Positions 40,457-50,827 are shown, counted from the first letter of the stretch. The stretch is DNA of 64,000 bases from an uncultured Acidobacteriota bacterium (GCA_963724825.1 CAVRWT010000006.1:66295-130294), one strand, 5' to 3'. A program made the numbers and translations. Notes: generated by a model from the sequence alone, not told the origin.

Positions 40457-41083
40457 CTAGGGCGAGATCCTGTGGTCGTTGGTGCGACCGACCACGAACC
40501 AGATCGCATGGACCGGCTCATCACCGATATTGAACAGGCGGTGTGGCTGAGTCGAGTCGAAGCCGATCGAGTCCCCGGGCTCTAGCTCGTAGGTGTCGAA
40601 GCCGAGCTGGATCCCGAGACGGCCGGAGATGATGAAGCCGTATTCCTTGCCGTTGTGCCGCATCAGCGACTCATCCGGAGTGGACGCGCCCCCAACCTCG
40701 TAGACGGCATGGAGAAAGTCGATTCCCTGATCGGTGTCACGACTGAGTTGTTCCCAGCGGACTCCTGAGGCGAGGTCGATGGTCTCGCGATCGTCGGGGT
40801 GGACCAGCGGGCTCGGCCCGCCGTTGGCAACCGCAGCCTTCTTCCCCGGCGCACCGCTTGAAGGCGAGTGATCGGCCCCGCGGAGGAGCTTGTCCAGCGA
40901 GAGATCGAGCTCGGTGACGATGGCGTACAGGGTCCCCACCGAGGGCTTGGAGAGGCCGCTCTCGAGTTGCGAGATGAGGCTGGGCGAGAGTCCGAGGCGT
41001 CGGGCCAGTTCGCGCTGGCTGATTCCAGCCTTGGTCCTCTCGTCCCGGAGTCGATCGCCGATTCCCTCAAGCTCCTCAGTCAA
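40457..41083 (-). CDS. XRE-family HTH transcriptional regulator with a C-terminal cupin sensor domain
   Basis: HTH: ISQRELARRLGLSPSLISQLESG. Cupin: GKEYGFIISGRLGIQLG...YELEPGDSIGFDSTQPHRLFN. Confidence 0.85.
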   Translation of the reverse strand: MTEELEGIGDRLRDERTKAGISQRELARRLGLSPSLISQLESGLSKPSVGTLYAIVTELDLSLDKLLRGADHSPSSGAPGKKAAVANGGPSPLVHPDDRETIDLASGVRWEQLSRDTDQGIDFLHAVYEVGGASTPDESLMRHNGKEYGFIISGRLGIQLGFDTYELEPGDSIGFDSTQPHRLFNIGDEPVHAIWFVVGRTNDHRISP

Positions 41084-41125
41084 TCGGAGACCCTTCCATT
41101 GCGAGCGAGAATAGGCGCCGGTCTC

Positions 41126-41821
41126 CTACATCAGGAGCCAGCCACCGTCCACGTAGAGGTTGACACCATTCACGGATGGGTTCTCGAGAAGGAAAACCGT
41201 GGCATCCACCACGTCCGCCATCGTCACCAGGCGCTTGGTTGGGGTCCGAGCCAGCACCGCGTCCAATGGTTTGTCCTTCCAGTACGGGCTGTCACCGACG
41301 ATTCCAGGGTGCAGCGCATTGAACCGGACAGGAGAGAGCTCGACCGCGAGGGCTCGAATCATGGAGCTGACGCCCCCGTTGACGGTGGTGACGGTGATCG
41401 ATCCGGGGTAAGGGCGATCCTTGGCCCGGCCTCCGAAGAGAACCACCGAGCTCGTCTCGGTGAACCTGGCGAGTAAAGCGTGGATGACCTCGACGTAGCT
41501 CACCAGCTTCATCGTCGTCAGCTGGGTCCCGGCGTCGATGTCGTACTCCTTGGCGAAGTTGTTGTCCCGGGCAATGGCGGCCAGAACAAGACGCGACACA
41601 GAGCCGACCTCGTGCAGGGCGGGTGCGATAGCTGAAGGATCGGTGAGGTCGAATCCGATGCCCGTCACGTCGCCGTCGATAGTGGAGGCGATCTCGACGG
41701 TGCGGTCGGGGTCGCTACCCGTGATCACCACTGGGCTCCCGCCGGCCGCGTAGTGGCGAGCCACCTCCAACCCGAGGCCGCTGGTTCCCCCCACCACAAT
41801 CACGTTGCCGTTTTCCATCAT
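41126..41821 (-). CDS. SDR family oxidoreductase
   Basis: VVGGTSGLGLEVA glycine-rich motif and SDR length (231 aa). It lies upstream of, and on the same strand as, the XRE-cupin regulator. Confidence 0.75.
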   Translation of the reverse strand: MMENGNVIVVGGTSGLGLEVARHYAAGGSPVVITGSDPDRTVEIASTIDGDVTGIGFDLTDPSAIAPALHEVGSVSRLVLAAIARDNNFAKEYDIDAGTQLTTMKLVSYVEVIHALLARFTETSSVVLFGGRAKDRPYPGSITVTTVNGGVSSMIRALAVELSPVRFNALHPGIVGDSPYWKDKPLDAVLARTPTKRLVTMADVVDATVFLLENPSVNGVNLYVDGGWLLM

Positions 41822-41893
41822 CGAGTTCCTGTTTCTCCGGGTCTCCGACGCCGGCTGGCCGGGAGGCGAAGCCTACATCTGTTAGGCAGGGCG

Positions 41894-41911
41894 TGTGTAG
41901 TGTCACTGATC
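41894..41911 (+). promoter_or_regulatory. Conserved 18-nt motif copy 1 (TGTGTAGTGTCACTGATC) in the SDR/bicupin divergent region
   Basis: Contains the 9-bp palindrome AGTGTCACT. Ends 22 nt upstream of ATG 41933. Confidence 0.45.
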
Positions 41912-41932
41912 GGTCGAGTGCTTGGGAGCCAA

Positions 41933-42829
41933 ATGTCGACGCACATCGTCAAGAAAGCCGGAGATCACGACTATCAGGTGCCGGGAGGCTTCGAAGGGCG
42001 AAGTCAGGGCTACTTCGGGGATGCAATCGTCAACGAGCCTGCGGGTGGGGTTCAGATGGGATTCCAGGTGTCGCGGCTCGATCCCGGCGGGCAGGTGGCC
42101 GGCCACCTTCACTCATTCGAGGAGACCCTCTACGTCATCGATGGGATGGTCGTCGTCGACCTTCCCGAAGGGAGTTACGAGCTCGGTCCCGGCGACTACG
42201 GGCTGATCCCGGTGGGTGTTCCGCACTCGCTTCGGAACACCGGTGGGGCTCCTGCGAGTCTGGCGGAGATGAGGGCGCCACTCCCTCGCGAGCGCCACGA
42301 GTTCGACACCTATTTCGTGGAGGCGCCATCGGCAGGAGTGCCGCTTCGCATCGACGTTCGTGACCCGCGAACTCGCAGCTTTGGCCATATCGACGCGGAG
42401 AACATGGATCCCGCAACGCAGACCCAGGACCGCCTTGCCCTGAGTGCGAGCATGCGCACCGCACTCCTCGTCTACAGCGGGATCTCGGTCAAGATGATGA
42501 TCGACTCCGACCTGGGAGCCGATCTGTCGACGATGTTCATGGTCCAGTACGTGCCGGGCGGATTCGCAGGAGCGCATGACCACCCGCTCGAGGAGGCCTA
42601 TCTCATCCTCGAAGGGGAGGTCGAGGCCGGGTTCGACGGGGTCAAGTACCACATGGTGCCCGGTGACGTGGCCTGGGCAGGTGTCGGGTGCGTTCACGAG
42701 TTTCGCAATGTCGGCACCGGCCCGGTGCGGTGGCTCGAGACTCAGGCGCCACAGCCGCCGGCCCGTCATAGCTACCGGTTCCGGAGGGACTGGGCGTACC
42801 TGACTGAGGCGCTGGCCGCCCCGGACTGA
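41933..42829 (+). CDS. Bicupin protein (two cupin barrels), function unknown
   Basis: ORF 41753-42829 from MSTHIVKKAGD. There are two cupin motifs (GHLHSFEETLYVIDG...PVGVPHSLRN and AHDHPLEEAYLILEG...GCVHEFRN). Confidence 0.7.
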   Translation: MSTHIVKKAGDHDYQVPGGFEGRSQGYFGDAIVNEPAGGVQMGFQVSRLDPGGQVAGHLHSFEETLYVIDGMVVVDLPEGSYELGPGDYGLIPVGVPHSLRNTGGAPASLAEMRAPLPRERHEFDTYFVEAPSAGVPLRIDVRDPRTRSFGHIDAENMDPATQTQDRLALSASMRTALLVYSGISVKMMIDSDLGADLSTMFMVQYVPGGFAGAHDHPLEEAYLILEGEVEAGFDGVKYHMVPGDVAWAGVGCVHEFRNVGTGPVRWLETQAPQPPARHSYRFRRDWAYLTEALAAPD

Positions 42830-42896
42830 GATGAGTGCTGGATCAATCCCTGTCGGCTTTACGGACCTGTTTTGTGAGGCTGAACCGAATGCGATT

Positions 42897-42914
42897 TGTG
42901 TAGTGTGACTTATC
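42897..42914 (+). promoter_or_regulatory. Conserved 18-nt motif copy 2 (TGTGTAGTGTGACTTATC) upstream of the amidohydrolase/ABC operon
   Basis: Intergenic; ends 118 nt upstream of TTG 43032. Confidence 0.45.
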
Positions 42915-43031
42915 AGTGAGTGGCCTCAACACCCCACTTTCGGCCGCGGCGTGCATCGGAGAAAGGGCACTTTTGTTGCCTGGCTCACAGCTTGAGGCGG
43001 TGGCGGACCGACACCAGGACGGAGGGAGCTC

Positions 43032-44324
43032 TTGAAAGGGCGGACCCTGCTTCGCGGTGGGTGTGTTCTGACACTGGGTAAGACCAATTACGCCGAGGCC
43101 GATGTCTTGATCGATGGCGAGAAGATCGTCGAGATCGGCCCCGGGCTTCGGGCCCGCGATGCAGAGGTCGTCGATGCGACCGACACGATTGTCATGCCGG
43201 GATTCGTCGACGCTCACCGCCACGTCTCAGAGTCGCTGTTCCGCAATTTCGGCGATTCGTCTTCATCATCGGTCTACGGGCCTCACTATCAGCCGGATGA
43301 CGCATATGCGGCCACTCTGATCGGGTTGCTCGGCGCCATCGACACCGGGATCACGACGGTGGTCGATTGGTTCGGCATTGGTTCCTCCGAAGCGCTGGTT
43401 GACGCCGCGCTTCAAGCACACGCCGACTCGGGGATCCGGTCGGTCTTTGCCTACGCCGGGCAAGGAGCCGACGGATGGCAATCCGATCTCAAGAGCATCA
43501 CTGCGCGGGCCACATCCCACCCACTGCGCGATCTCGCAGCTGGCGCGGGAACGCCGGCGCGTGACTCATTGGACGAAGTGGCGGCCGATTGGTCGGTCGC
43601 AAGGGATCTCGGTCTGAGAATCCACACTCATGTCGGCGTCGACTCCGAGGTCGCGCCGGGATTGGTGCGCCAAATCTCGGATCGAGGCCTACTTGGCGAT
43701 GACGTCAACTTCGTTCAATGCACCTACCTGGACGATGCCGACTTCGATGCGATCGCATCGTCGGGTGTTTCCGTGTCACTGACCCCATCCAGCGCGATGT
43801 CCGGGGGTCAGGCGAGGCCGCCGATGCAGGAAATGATCGATCGTGGCATTCGCCCCGGCCTGGGCGTGGGCTCCGATCAGTTCGCGCCCGGCGACATGTT
43901 CGCCCAGATGCGGACCGTGATCTCGGTGCAGCACGCCACTCTCTTCGACCTGAAGCTCGCGGGCAAGGCAGGAATTCCAACTCTCCTCAACACCCGCGAG
44001 GTGCTTCGGTATGCCACCGTCAACGGTGCCCGGGCGGCCGGCGTCAGCGACCGGGTGGGAACCCTCGTCCCCGGCTCGCAGGCCGACATCATCCTGCTCC
44101 GCACCGATACGCCCAACATCTTCCCGATCAACGATCCGATCGGAGCGGTGGTCTGGGGGATGGACACTTCGAATGTCGATTGGGTCTTCGTCGCCGGTCG
44201 CCCACTCAAGCGCGGCGGTGTCCTCGAGGGCGATCTGGACAGCGCAGCCGAGCTCGCGAGCAAGGCCCAGCATCGAGTCGCTGAGGCAGCCGGGCTCCTC
44301 GTGGGCTCCGGGGAGGTGAAGTGA
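43032..44324 (+). CDS. Metal-dependent amidohydrolase (TrzA/AtzA/cytosine-deaminase-like superfamily)
   Basis: MPGFVDAHRHV (HxH), an internal HTHV motif, and C-terminal GTLVPGSQADIILL. GGAGGGA SD before TTG 43032. Confidence 0.8.
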   Translation: MKGRTLLRGGCVLTLGKTNYAEADVLIDGEKIVEIGPGLRARDAEVVDATDTIVMPGFVDAHRHVSESLFRNFGDSSSSSVYGPHYQPDDAYAATLIGLLGAIDTGITTVVDWFGIGSSEALVDAALQAHADSGIRSVFAYAGQGADGWQSDLKSITARATSHPLRDLAAGAGTPARDSLDEVAADWSVARDLGLRIHTHVGVDSEVAPGLVRQISDRGLLGDDVNFVQCTYLDDADFDAIASSGVSVSLTPSSAMSGGQARPPMQEMIDRGIRPGLGVGSDQFAPGDMFAQMRTVISVQHATLFDLKLAGKAGIPTLLNTREVLRYATVNGARAAGVSDRVGTLVPGSQADIILLRTDTPNIFPINDPIGAVVWGMDTSNVDWVFVAGRPLKRGGVLEGDLDSAAELASKAQHRVAEAAGLLVGSGEVK

Positions 44325-45371
44325 CGACCACGAAGTCACCGTCATCGGCCCTGACCCGCTTCGTCGTGGCCTCCCGGTACATGCCGGTCTACCTCGCCTG
44401 ATCCTGTTGGTGGTTGTGGCCTCGATCGCAGCGCCCGCCACACTGTCCGAGTGCGGGTCTCGAGCGCGATCGCTCCTCTGGGCACTTATCTGGCTATCGC
44501 AGCACTTGGACAGATGCTGGTGATCATGACCGGCGGCATCGATCTGAGCGTCCCGGGAGTCTTCCTACTCGGCGGCCTGATCATGGTGGGAGTCGGTCAA
44601 CAATCCGACGATCAAATCTGGGTTGCGTTGCTCACCGCTGTCGGGGTGGCTGCTGCTATCGGACTGGTGAACGGGCTCCTCATCGGTGGCCTCAAGTTGA
44701 ATCCGCTCATCGTGACTCTGGCAGTCGGCCAAATCGTGGCCGGAGTCGCCAACCGTTACTACAACACCGTTGCCATCCAGAAGCCGGTGCCGGAGGGGCT
44801 CACCGACTGGGCGACGACACCGTTCCTCGGCGTCAGCCGGATCTTCTGGATCGGAGTTGGGCTGACGCTGGTGCTGGTCGTCATCTTCCGATATACGGGG
44901 GTGGGAAGGAGATTCCAGGTGGTAGGGGCCAACCCGGTCGCCTCCACTGTCATTGGGTTGCGAGTCAATCTCAACCAGATCGCCGCATACGTGGTGGCGG
45001 CCATCTTTTACGCGACGGCCGGGATACTGCTTGCGGCGTCCCTTCGATCGCCCGGAATCACGGTTGGTCTTCCCTACCTGCTGGGCCCGATCGCCGCAGT
45101 GGTCATCGGCGGGGCCTCATTGACCGGTGGTCTGGCGAGCCCGGTGTCGACCTGGGCGGCCGCGTTCTTCCTCGCCGGGCTGAACCAGATGATGCGGGTC
45201 ATTGGGTTGCCAACCGCCCTGCAATTCGTGGTCTTCGGCCTGGTCATCATCGGTGGGATGCTGGTGTCCGGTGATCGCATCATCAAGAGCGTCGAAAGGG
45301 TTTTGCGCGACCGGTCGAGACCGGGGAGGCGCAATGAAGGAACTCTCGCCGTCGAAGGCGGCGAGACGTGA
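44321..45371 (+). CDS. CUT2-type (ribose/xylose-like) ABC transporter permease; 5' region crosses three phases (two apparent 1-nt deletions near 44399 and 44450)
   Basis: GTG 44321 overlaps the upstream TGA (GTGA) and gives TTTKSPSSALTRFVVASRYMPVYLA. Phase 1 continues as LILLVVVASIAAPATLSE (TM1). ORF 44451-45371 then gives RVSSAIAPLGTYLAIAALGQMLVIMTGGIDLSVPG... Length is 1051 nt (3n+1). Confidence 0.7.
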
Positions 45372-45435
45372 GAGAAGGAGAAACTGACCGCAACACAAGA
45401 GCGGGACGCAAACAACAGTCAATGGATGGAGGAGG

Positions 45436-46782
45436 ATGATGATGAAACACAGGGTGTTAACCCTGATCGCAGTTCTGGCGGTCGTCATGGTCGCCTGTAC
45501 AGGCGACGTGACCGAGTCGAGCACCACGGCTGCAGCAGAGCCGACGACTACGGCGGCTGCGGAGCCCACCACCACGGTTGGCGGTGAGACTTCGACAACC
45601 GCCGGGGGCGAGGATCCGCTCGCAGCATATGGCGAGACCACAGCGGCCGACCCAGCGCTGGTCGAGAAGGCAATGGGCACGACGGAAGGCGTACCTGACA
45701 TCGTGCTCGCCGCGGTTGCGCGGGCGAATCAGGATCTCGACGACGACACCATTGCCAAGGCCATCGAGTGCTACACGAATGCAGTCGAGTGCGACACCGG
45801 CACCGGCGGTGAAGTGATCATGGGATACGCCGACGGCGGCGGTCTCAACGTCTGGCGTCAGGTGACCCGGATGGAGGCAATCCTCCAGGCCCTCACCTAC
45901 CCCGAGATCGGCACCATCGTCATGCGTGACGCACAGTGGTCGACCGACCCTGCGGTTCCGATCGGTGACATCAACTACATGGTGGAGCGTGGCGTCACGT
46001 TCATCATCGGCTACCCCGACTGGGGCTCCGCCCTCGGCGACGCAATCAAGGCTGCTGAGGCAGCCGGCATCCCGTACATGTCCTACTCGGCAGGCTACGT
46101 CGGCCTTCCCGGGACCGATGGTGCGCTCGCACCCGGTACTGATTATCTGGGAGTTGTCGGTGAGGACCTCTGTGCCCTCGGCGAGAGCTTTGCCACGATC
46201 ATCAACGAAGGGGTGGGCACGGGCATGATCGGCGTGATGGGTGGGACACCGGGCAACGCCCTGTCCCTCGGATGGCAGCAGTGCCATTTCCCGGCATTGG
46301 CCGACACCATCGAGGTCATCGACCCGCCGGCGGATCCGAACTCCACGACCGGAGACACCTACTGGGCCAACGACATCGCCAAGGACCTTGTGGGCGGATG
46401 GCTTTCGACCAATCCGGACCTCGCTGGGTTCAGCTATGAGTACGCCGACGGGCTGTACACCGCACTTCAGGATGTCGAGATCGGCACCATGACGATCGCG
46501 GTTCGGACCGACGAGCAGACCTTGTTCTGCGACTGGGCCGAGCGAAACAACCCGAACTACAACATCTGGTACTCGGCGGGAGGCAACTTCCAGTCGAGGG
46601 TCGCGGTGACCGCTCAGATGATGAATCTGCAGGGTGCGGAGATCCCGGGTGAGATCATCGTTCCCCACGTGATGCGGCAAGTCACGACAGCCGATTGCAA
46701 CCCCGACCGGGTGACCCCGACCGTTTCCGGCACCTCGCTGGTGCCCGATCCGGTCCTCGCCCAGATGTACCCGGCTGGATGA
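45436..46782 (+). CDS. ABC transporter substrate-binding lipoprotein (periplasmic-binding-protein type I), ligand unknown
   Basis: GGAGGAGG SD, lipobox VVMVACTG, a TTAAAEPTT x2 linker, 448 aa. It lies between the permease and ATPase genes of one operon. Confidence 0.75.
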   Translation: MMMKHRVLTLIAVLAVVMVACTGDVTESSTTAAAEPTTTAAAEPTTTVGGETSTTAGGEDPLAAYGETTAADPALVEKAMGTTEGVPDIVLAAVARANQDLDDDTIAKAIECYTNAVECDTGTGGEVIMGYADGGGLNVWRQVTRMEAILQALTYPEIGTIVMRDAQWSTDPAVPIGDINYMVERGVTFIIGYPDWGSALGDAIKAAEAAGIPYMSYSAGYVGLPGTDGALAPGTDYLGVVGEDLCALGESFATIINEGVGTGMIGVMGGTPGNALSLGWQQCHFPALADTIEVIDPPADPNSTTGDTYWANDIAKDLVGGWLSTNPDLAGFSYEYADGLYTALQDVEIGTMTIAVRTDEQTLFCDWAERNNPNYNIWYSAGGNFQSRVAVTAQMMNLQGAEIPGEIIVPHVMRQVTTADCNPDRVTPTVSGTSLVPDPVLAQMYPAG

Positions 46783-48374
46783 GTAACGGCGATCTCGGAG
46801 GAGAGTCGGCGACCGGGACACCGGTCCTCGAGCTCGACGGTGTCTATCGCCAGTTCGGCGCGGTTCGAGCGCTGACAGATGTCAGCTTCGACTGCCGGGC
46901 TGGTGAGGTTCACGCCCTCGTGGGCGAGAACGGCTCGGGCAAGTCGACTCTCCTCGGGATTGCCAGCGGGTTCGTAGAGCCCGATCGGGGATCGGTGCGC
47001 ATCGGGGGAGCCCGATTGCGCACCGATTCTCCGGCTCTCGCCAGAAAGCTCGGCCTGGCGATGGCCTACCAGGACACCTCATCGATCCTGGCCCAGCCGG
47101 TCAAGAACAATCTCTACATGGCAGCGCCCCCTGATGAACGGCCGCCCTACTGGAGACGGAAGAAGTGGGCCCGGCGCCTATTGGGCGAGTTCGACCTCGA
47201 CTTCGAGTTGTTTCCCGACGCGCCCGTTGGATTCCTGACACTCGCCGAGCGTCAGATGTTCGAGGTAGCCAAGGCGCTGGTATCGAATCCCAAGGTGCTG
47301 CTTCTCGACGAGCCGACGACGGCCCTTGGCCCCGATGAAGTCGAGGCTTTGCACCGAACCGTCGCCGCATGCCGGCGGCGTGGCGTGGGCGTTGTCTATG
47401 TGAGTCATCGTCTGCCCGAGATCCTGGAGATCGCGGACCGGATAACCGTGCTTCGTGACGGGAAGACCAGGGGGACGTTCGACGCTCGTTCCACCTCCGA
47501 GCGTGACCTGGTCGAGCTCATTGTGGGACGTCCCTTCGAGGCAGCGTTCCCACCCGCAGCTCCGCTCACCGGCGAGCGACGAGAGGTGCTCGTGGTCGAT
47601 GCTCTGCAAGGCCAGTCGTTTGGCCCGGTCAGCTTCACCCTTGAAAGCGGGGAAATAGTTGGGATCGCAGGGGCGGAAGGCAACGGTCAACCCCAGCTCT
47701 TCGACACTCTTTCCGGGAGAACGCCACCACGCGCCGGCCGGGTCACATGTGACGAGAAGGGCCTCACCCTGATTTCGACACACGAGGCGGTCAATTCCGG
47801 GATCATGTTGCTGCCCGGCGATCGCAAGCAAGAGGCGTTGATGCCGGTCCTCGGCGTGCGCGTCAATTCCACCGTCCAGTCACTCAAGCTCTTCAGCGTT
47901 TTCGGGCTCTTGAAGAGACGTGCCGAACGTGCCGCCGTGAAGGATCTGGTCGCCCGACTCGAGGTTCGCACCCCCTCCTTGGAGCAGCCTGTCGAGTTCC
48001 TCTCCGGTGGCAACCAGCAGAAGGTTTCGGTATCCCGAACATTTCTCAGGGAGCCCGCGGTGATCCTCGCCTATGAGCCGACTCAAGGGGTGGACGTCGG
48101 GTCCCGTTTCGACATCTACAAGGCACTACGGGCCCGGACCGATGCCGGGGCCGCATTGTTGGTCAAGTCGAGCGACCCGATCGAGCTCTCGGGCCTCTGC
48201 GATCGAGTCTTGGTGATGTCACGGGGAACGATCATCGAAGAGATCCCGGGCGACGAGCTCGACGAGTTGCGCATCGTGGAGGCCATCGTCCGCGGGCCGG
48301 GGCTGTCCCGTGCCGGACGCTCGCCATTCGGTGTCGCCATGCCGAAGGCTCCGTCCAAGGAGGTCGTTTCATGA
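46779..48374 (+). CDS. Sugar-type ABC transporter ATP-binding protein with two NBDs (RbsA/XylG-like)
   Basis: ORF 46695-48374 from MSNGDLGG (ATGA overlap with the SBP stop). Contains GENGSGKST, LLLDEPTTALG, a second LSGGNQQK, and AYEPTQGVD. Confidence 0.9.
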   Translation: MSNGDLGGESATGTPVLELDGVYRQFGAVRALTDVSFDCRAGEVHALVGENGSGKSTLLGIASGFVEPDRGSVRIGGARLRTDSPALARKLGLAMAYQDTSSILAQPVKNNLYMAAPPDERPPYWRRKKWARRLLGEFDLDFELFPDAPVGFLTLAERQMFEVAKALVSNPKVLLLDEPTTALGPDEVEALHRTVAACRRRGVGVVYVSHRLPEILEIADRITVLRDGKTRGTFDARSTSERDLVELIVGRPFEAAFPPAAPLTGERREVLVVDALQGQSFGPVSFTLESGEIVGIAGAEGNGQPQLFDTLSGRTPPRAGRVTCDEKGLTLISTHEAVNSGIMLLPGDRKQEALMPVLGVRVNSTVQSLKLFSVFGLLKRRAERAAVKDLVARLEVRTPSLEQPVEFLSGGNQQKVSVSRTFLREPAVILAYEPTQGVDVGSRFDIYKALRARTDAGAALLVKSSDPIELSGLCDRVLVMSRGTIIEEIPGDELDELRIVEAIVRGPGLSRAGRSPFGVAMPKAPSKEVVS

Positions 48375-48404
48375 CGAACTACATCGACTCGTGCGCGACA
48401 GGAG

Positions 48405-50825
48405 GTGCGCAAGGTCCTGCGCAACGCCCGCGACAAGAACAAATGGCGGAAGGTCGTCAAGGTTCGCCTCTGGATGCCGGTCGCCCTCCAGATCCTCCTC
48501 ATCATCGGTGTTGTTTGGTACACCAACTCCCGCTTCCCCGGGTTCGTCAACACCTCGAACATCGCCAACATCCTTCTCCTGGCAGTGCCCCTGGCGATCG
48601 TCGTCATCGGGCAGACCCACGCACTTCTCGTCGGATACCTCGATCTCTCGGTGGGTGCGATGATCAGCCTCGGGGTGGTCATCGCTTCCTTCTGGATCCC
48701 TGCCGGTGCGACGACCAGCCAGATGCTGACCGGGGTGGCGACGATCTTCGCCTGCGGCCTGGCGCTGGGTCTGGTCAACGCCGGCCTGGTTCGAGGCGTG
48801 AAGATTCCGTCGATCATCGCCACGCTGGCGACTCTCAGCATTCTCGACGGGATCTCACTGACGCTTCGAGCCACGCCCGGAGGCACCATCGATCCGGCAT
48901 TCACCTCGTTGCTGCGAGGCGGTGTCGGACCGGTGCCGCTCTCTTTCATCCTGGTGGTGGTGGGAGCCGGCATTCTCGACCTCTGGCTTCACTCCAGCGG
49001 GTCCGGGCTTCAGGTGCGCTCGGTTGGATTCGACGAGAGGTCGGCGAGGCGATCCGGAGTCCGGACCACCTGGGTGAGGGTCCGCGCCCTGGTCCTCTCC
49101 GCATCGTTTGCTGCGCTGGCGTCGTTCTTCGTGATGACACGCTCCGGGGTGGGCAATGCGCAGATCGGAACGAGTTATGCCCTGAACAGCATCACGGCAG
49201 CGGTGCTGGGTGGCGCCGCCCTCTCCGGGGGGAGGGCAACCTTCACCGGAGGCGTGGTCGCTTCGGTCCTGCTCGCCGTGATCATCACCGTGCTCCCCTT
49301 CCTCGGCCTCGGCCCGGAATACGGGTTGATGATCATCGGAGTCCTGGTCCTGATCGGGATCATCCTCTTCCAGGTTGGGGACATCAAGGAGCTGGTGAAG
49401 CGGAACTACCGTCGGGCCCGACGAATAGTCGTCGGAACCCGTCCCCCGGCTGCTGCCGAGCTTCCCGTCCTCTATCCCGTCGGAACCGACTTCAAAGTGA
49501 TGCCAGTCGGTCGCAAGCTCATCACGGGCGGGATCGTTCTCAGCCTCGACTCGAGCGTTGGGGATTTCAACAACGCGGACATCCTCATCGATGGGGACAA
49601 GATCCTCGCGGTGGGGCCCAATCTCCAAAACGGGGAGGCCGAGCACATCGACGCCACCGGGATGATCGTCATGCCCGGGTTCGTCGACTCCCACCGGCAC
49701 ACCTGGGAAGGCATCCTTCGCAACATCGGCACCGACGTTCCTCTCGAGGGGCGGACCAGCTACATCTCATTCGTCCTCCACAAGCTGGCTCCGGCGTTCC
49801 GACCCGAGGATGTCTATGCGGGGAACCTCGTTTCGACGCTGGGAGCCATCGACGCCGGGGTGACCACCCTTCTCGACTGGTCTCACATACAGGCCTCGCC
49901 CGCCCACACGGACGCCGCGGTGAAGGCGTTGGGGGATTCCGGGATGCGAGCCGTCTTCGCCTACGGGTTCCCATGGTGGGGCAAGTGGGAAGAGCGCCAA
50001 CCGAGTTGGTTCGTGCGGACTGCCACCGAGCATTTCTCTTCGAACAGTCAGCTCCTCAGTCTGGCCCTCGCCGCCCCCGGCCCGGAGTTCGTCGACTTCG
50101 AGGTGGCCCGTGACCACTGGAAGCTGGCTCGTGAGACCGGGGCGAGGATCACGGCCCATGTCGGGGTCGGCACCTACGGCCAGGACGCCAAGGTCCAGGA
50201 GATGGGGGAGGCAGGGCTGCTCGGTCCTGACACCACCTACATCCACTGCACGACTCTCAACGACACCGAGATCCAAATGATCGTTGATACCGGCGGCACG
50301 GTGTCGCTGGCGTCACCGGTCGAGATGATGATGGGCCACGGGATGCCGCCCATCCAGAAGTTCCTTGACCGTGGGTTGAGTCCCAGTCTGAGCATCGACG
50401 TCGAGACCAACGTCCCTGCGGACATGTTCAACCAAATGCGCTCCGTTGTCGCGTTACAACGAGCGCTCGTCAACGGGACCGACAAGTCTCAGATCTCGAT
50501 GCGCGAGGTCCTCGGGTGGGCCACGATCGAGGGCGCAAAGGCCAATGGCCTCGACTCGAAGGTCGGAACCCTCACCCCGGGCAAGCAAGCCGACGTCATC
50601 ATGCTCCGCACCAACCGGGTGAATGTGACCCCGCTCAACGACCCGGCGACCGCAGTGGTTGCGGGTATGGACACCTCGAATGTGGACACGGTCTTGATCG
50701 CAGGGCGGGTCATGAAGCAGAAGGGCAAATTGCTCCACGTTGACTGGCCGGCGGTTCGTCGGATGGTCGGCGAGTCTCGGGACTACGTGGTCGAGAAGTC
50801 GGGTTTCAAACTCCCCAAGATTTGA
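48405..50825 (+). CDS. One uninterrupted 806-aa ORF: CUT2 ABC permease (about aa 1-345) fused in frame to a second amidohydrolase (from MPVGRK at 49500). It may be two genes merged by an indel
   Basis: Permease part: VVIGQTHALLVGYLDLSVGA and 8-10 TM helices, ending KELVKRNYRRARR. Amidohydrolase part: MPGFVDSHRHT, AHVGVG, GTLTPGKQADVIML, a paralog of 43032-44324. The permease 5' end may really start at ATG 48371 (ATGA overlap with the ATPase stop), which needs one more phase change. Confidence 0.6.
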   Translation: MRKVLRNARDKNKWRKVVKVRLWMPVALQILLIIGVVWYTNSRFPGFVNTSNIANILLLAVPLAIVVIGQTHALLVGYLDLSVGAMISLGVVIASFWIPAGATTSQMLTGVATIFACGLALGLVNAGLVRGVKIPSIIATLATLSILDGISLTLRATPGGTIDPAFTSLLRGGVGPVPLSFILVVVGAGILDLWLHSSGSGLQVRSVGFDERSARRSGVRTTWVRVRALVLSASFAALASFFVMTRSGVGNAQIGTSYALNSITAAVLGGAALSGGRATFTGGVVASVLLAVIITVLPFLGLGPEYGLMIIGVLVLIGIILFQVGDIKELVKRNYRRARRIVVGTRPPAAAELPVLYPVGTDFKVMPVGRKLITGGIVLSLDSSVGDFNNADILIDGDKILAVGPNLQNGEAEHIDATGMIVMPGFVDSHRHTWEGILRNIGTDVPLEGRTSYISFVLHKLAPAFRPEDVYAGNLVSTLGAIDAGVTTLLDWSHIQASPAHTDAAVKALGDSGMRAVFAYGFPWWGKWEERQPSWFVRTATEHFSSNSQLLSLALAAPGPEFVDFEVARDHWKLARETGARITAHVGVGTYGQDAKVQEMGEAGLLGPDTTYIHCTTLNDTEIQMIVDTGGTVSLASPVEMMMGHGMPPIQKFLDRGLSPSLSIDVETNVPADMFNQMRSVVALQRALVNGTDKSQISMREVLGWATIEGAKANGLDSKVGTLTPGKQADVIMLRTNRVNVTPLNDPATAVVAGMDTSNVDTVLIAGRVMKQKGKLLHVDWPAVRRMVGESRDYVVEKSGFKLPKI

Positions 50826-50827
50826 AG

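Noticed and set aside
45517-45580. Nucleotide tandem repeat encoding TTAAAEPTT twice; similar Thr/Ala-rich stretches occur at 6880-6930, 16960-17045 and 61950-62020
   Set aside because: These are low-complexity lipoprotein linker regions just after lipoboxes. They are in frame and are not CRISPR or other non-coding repeats.
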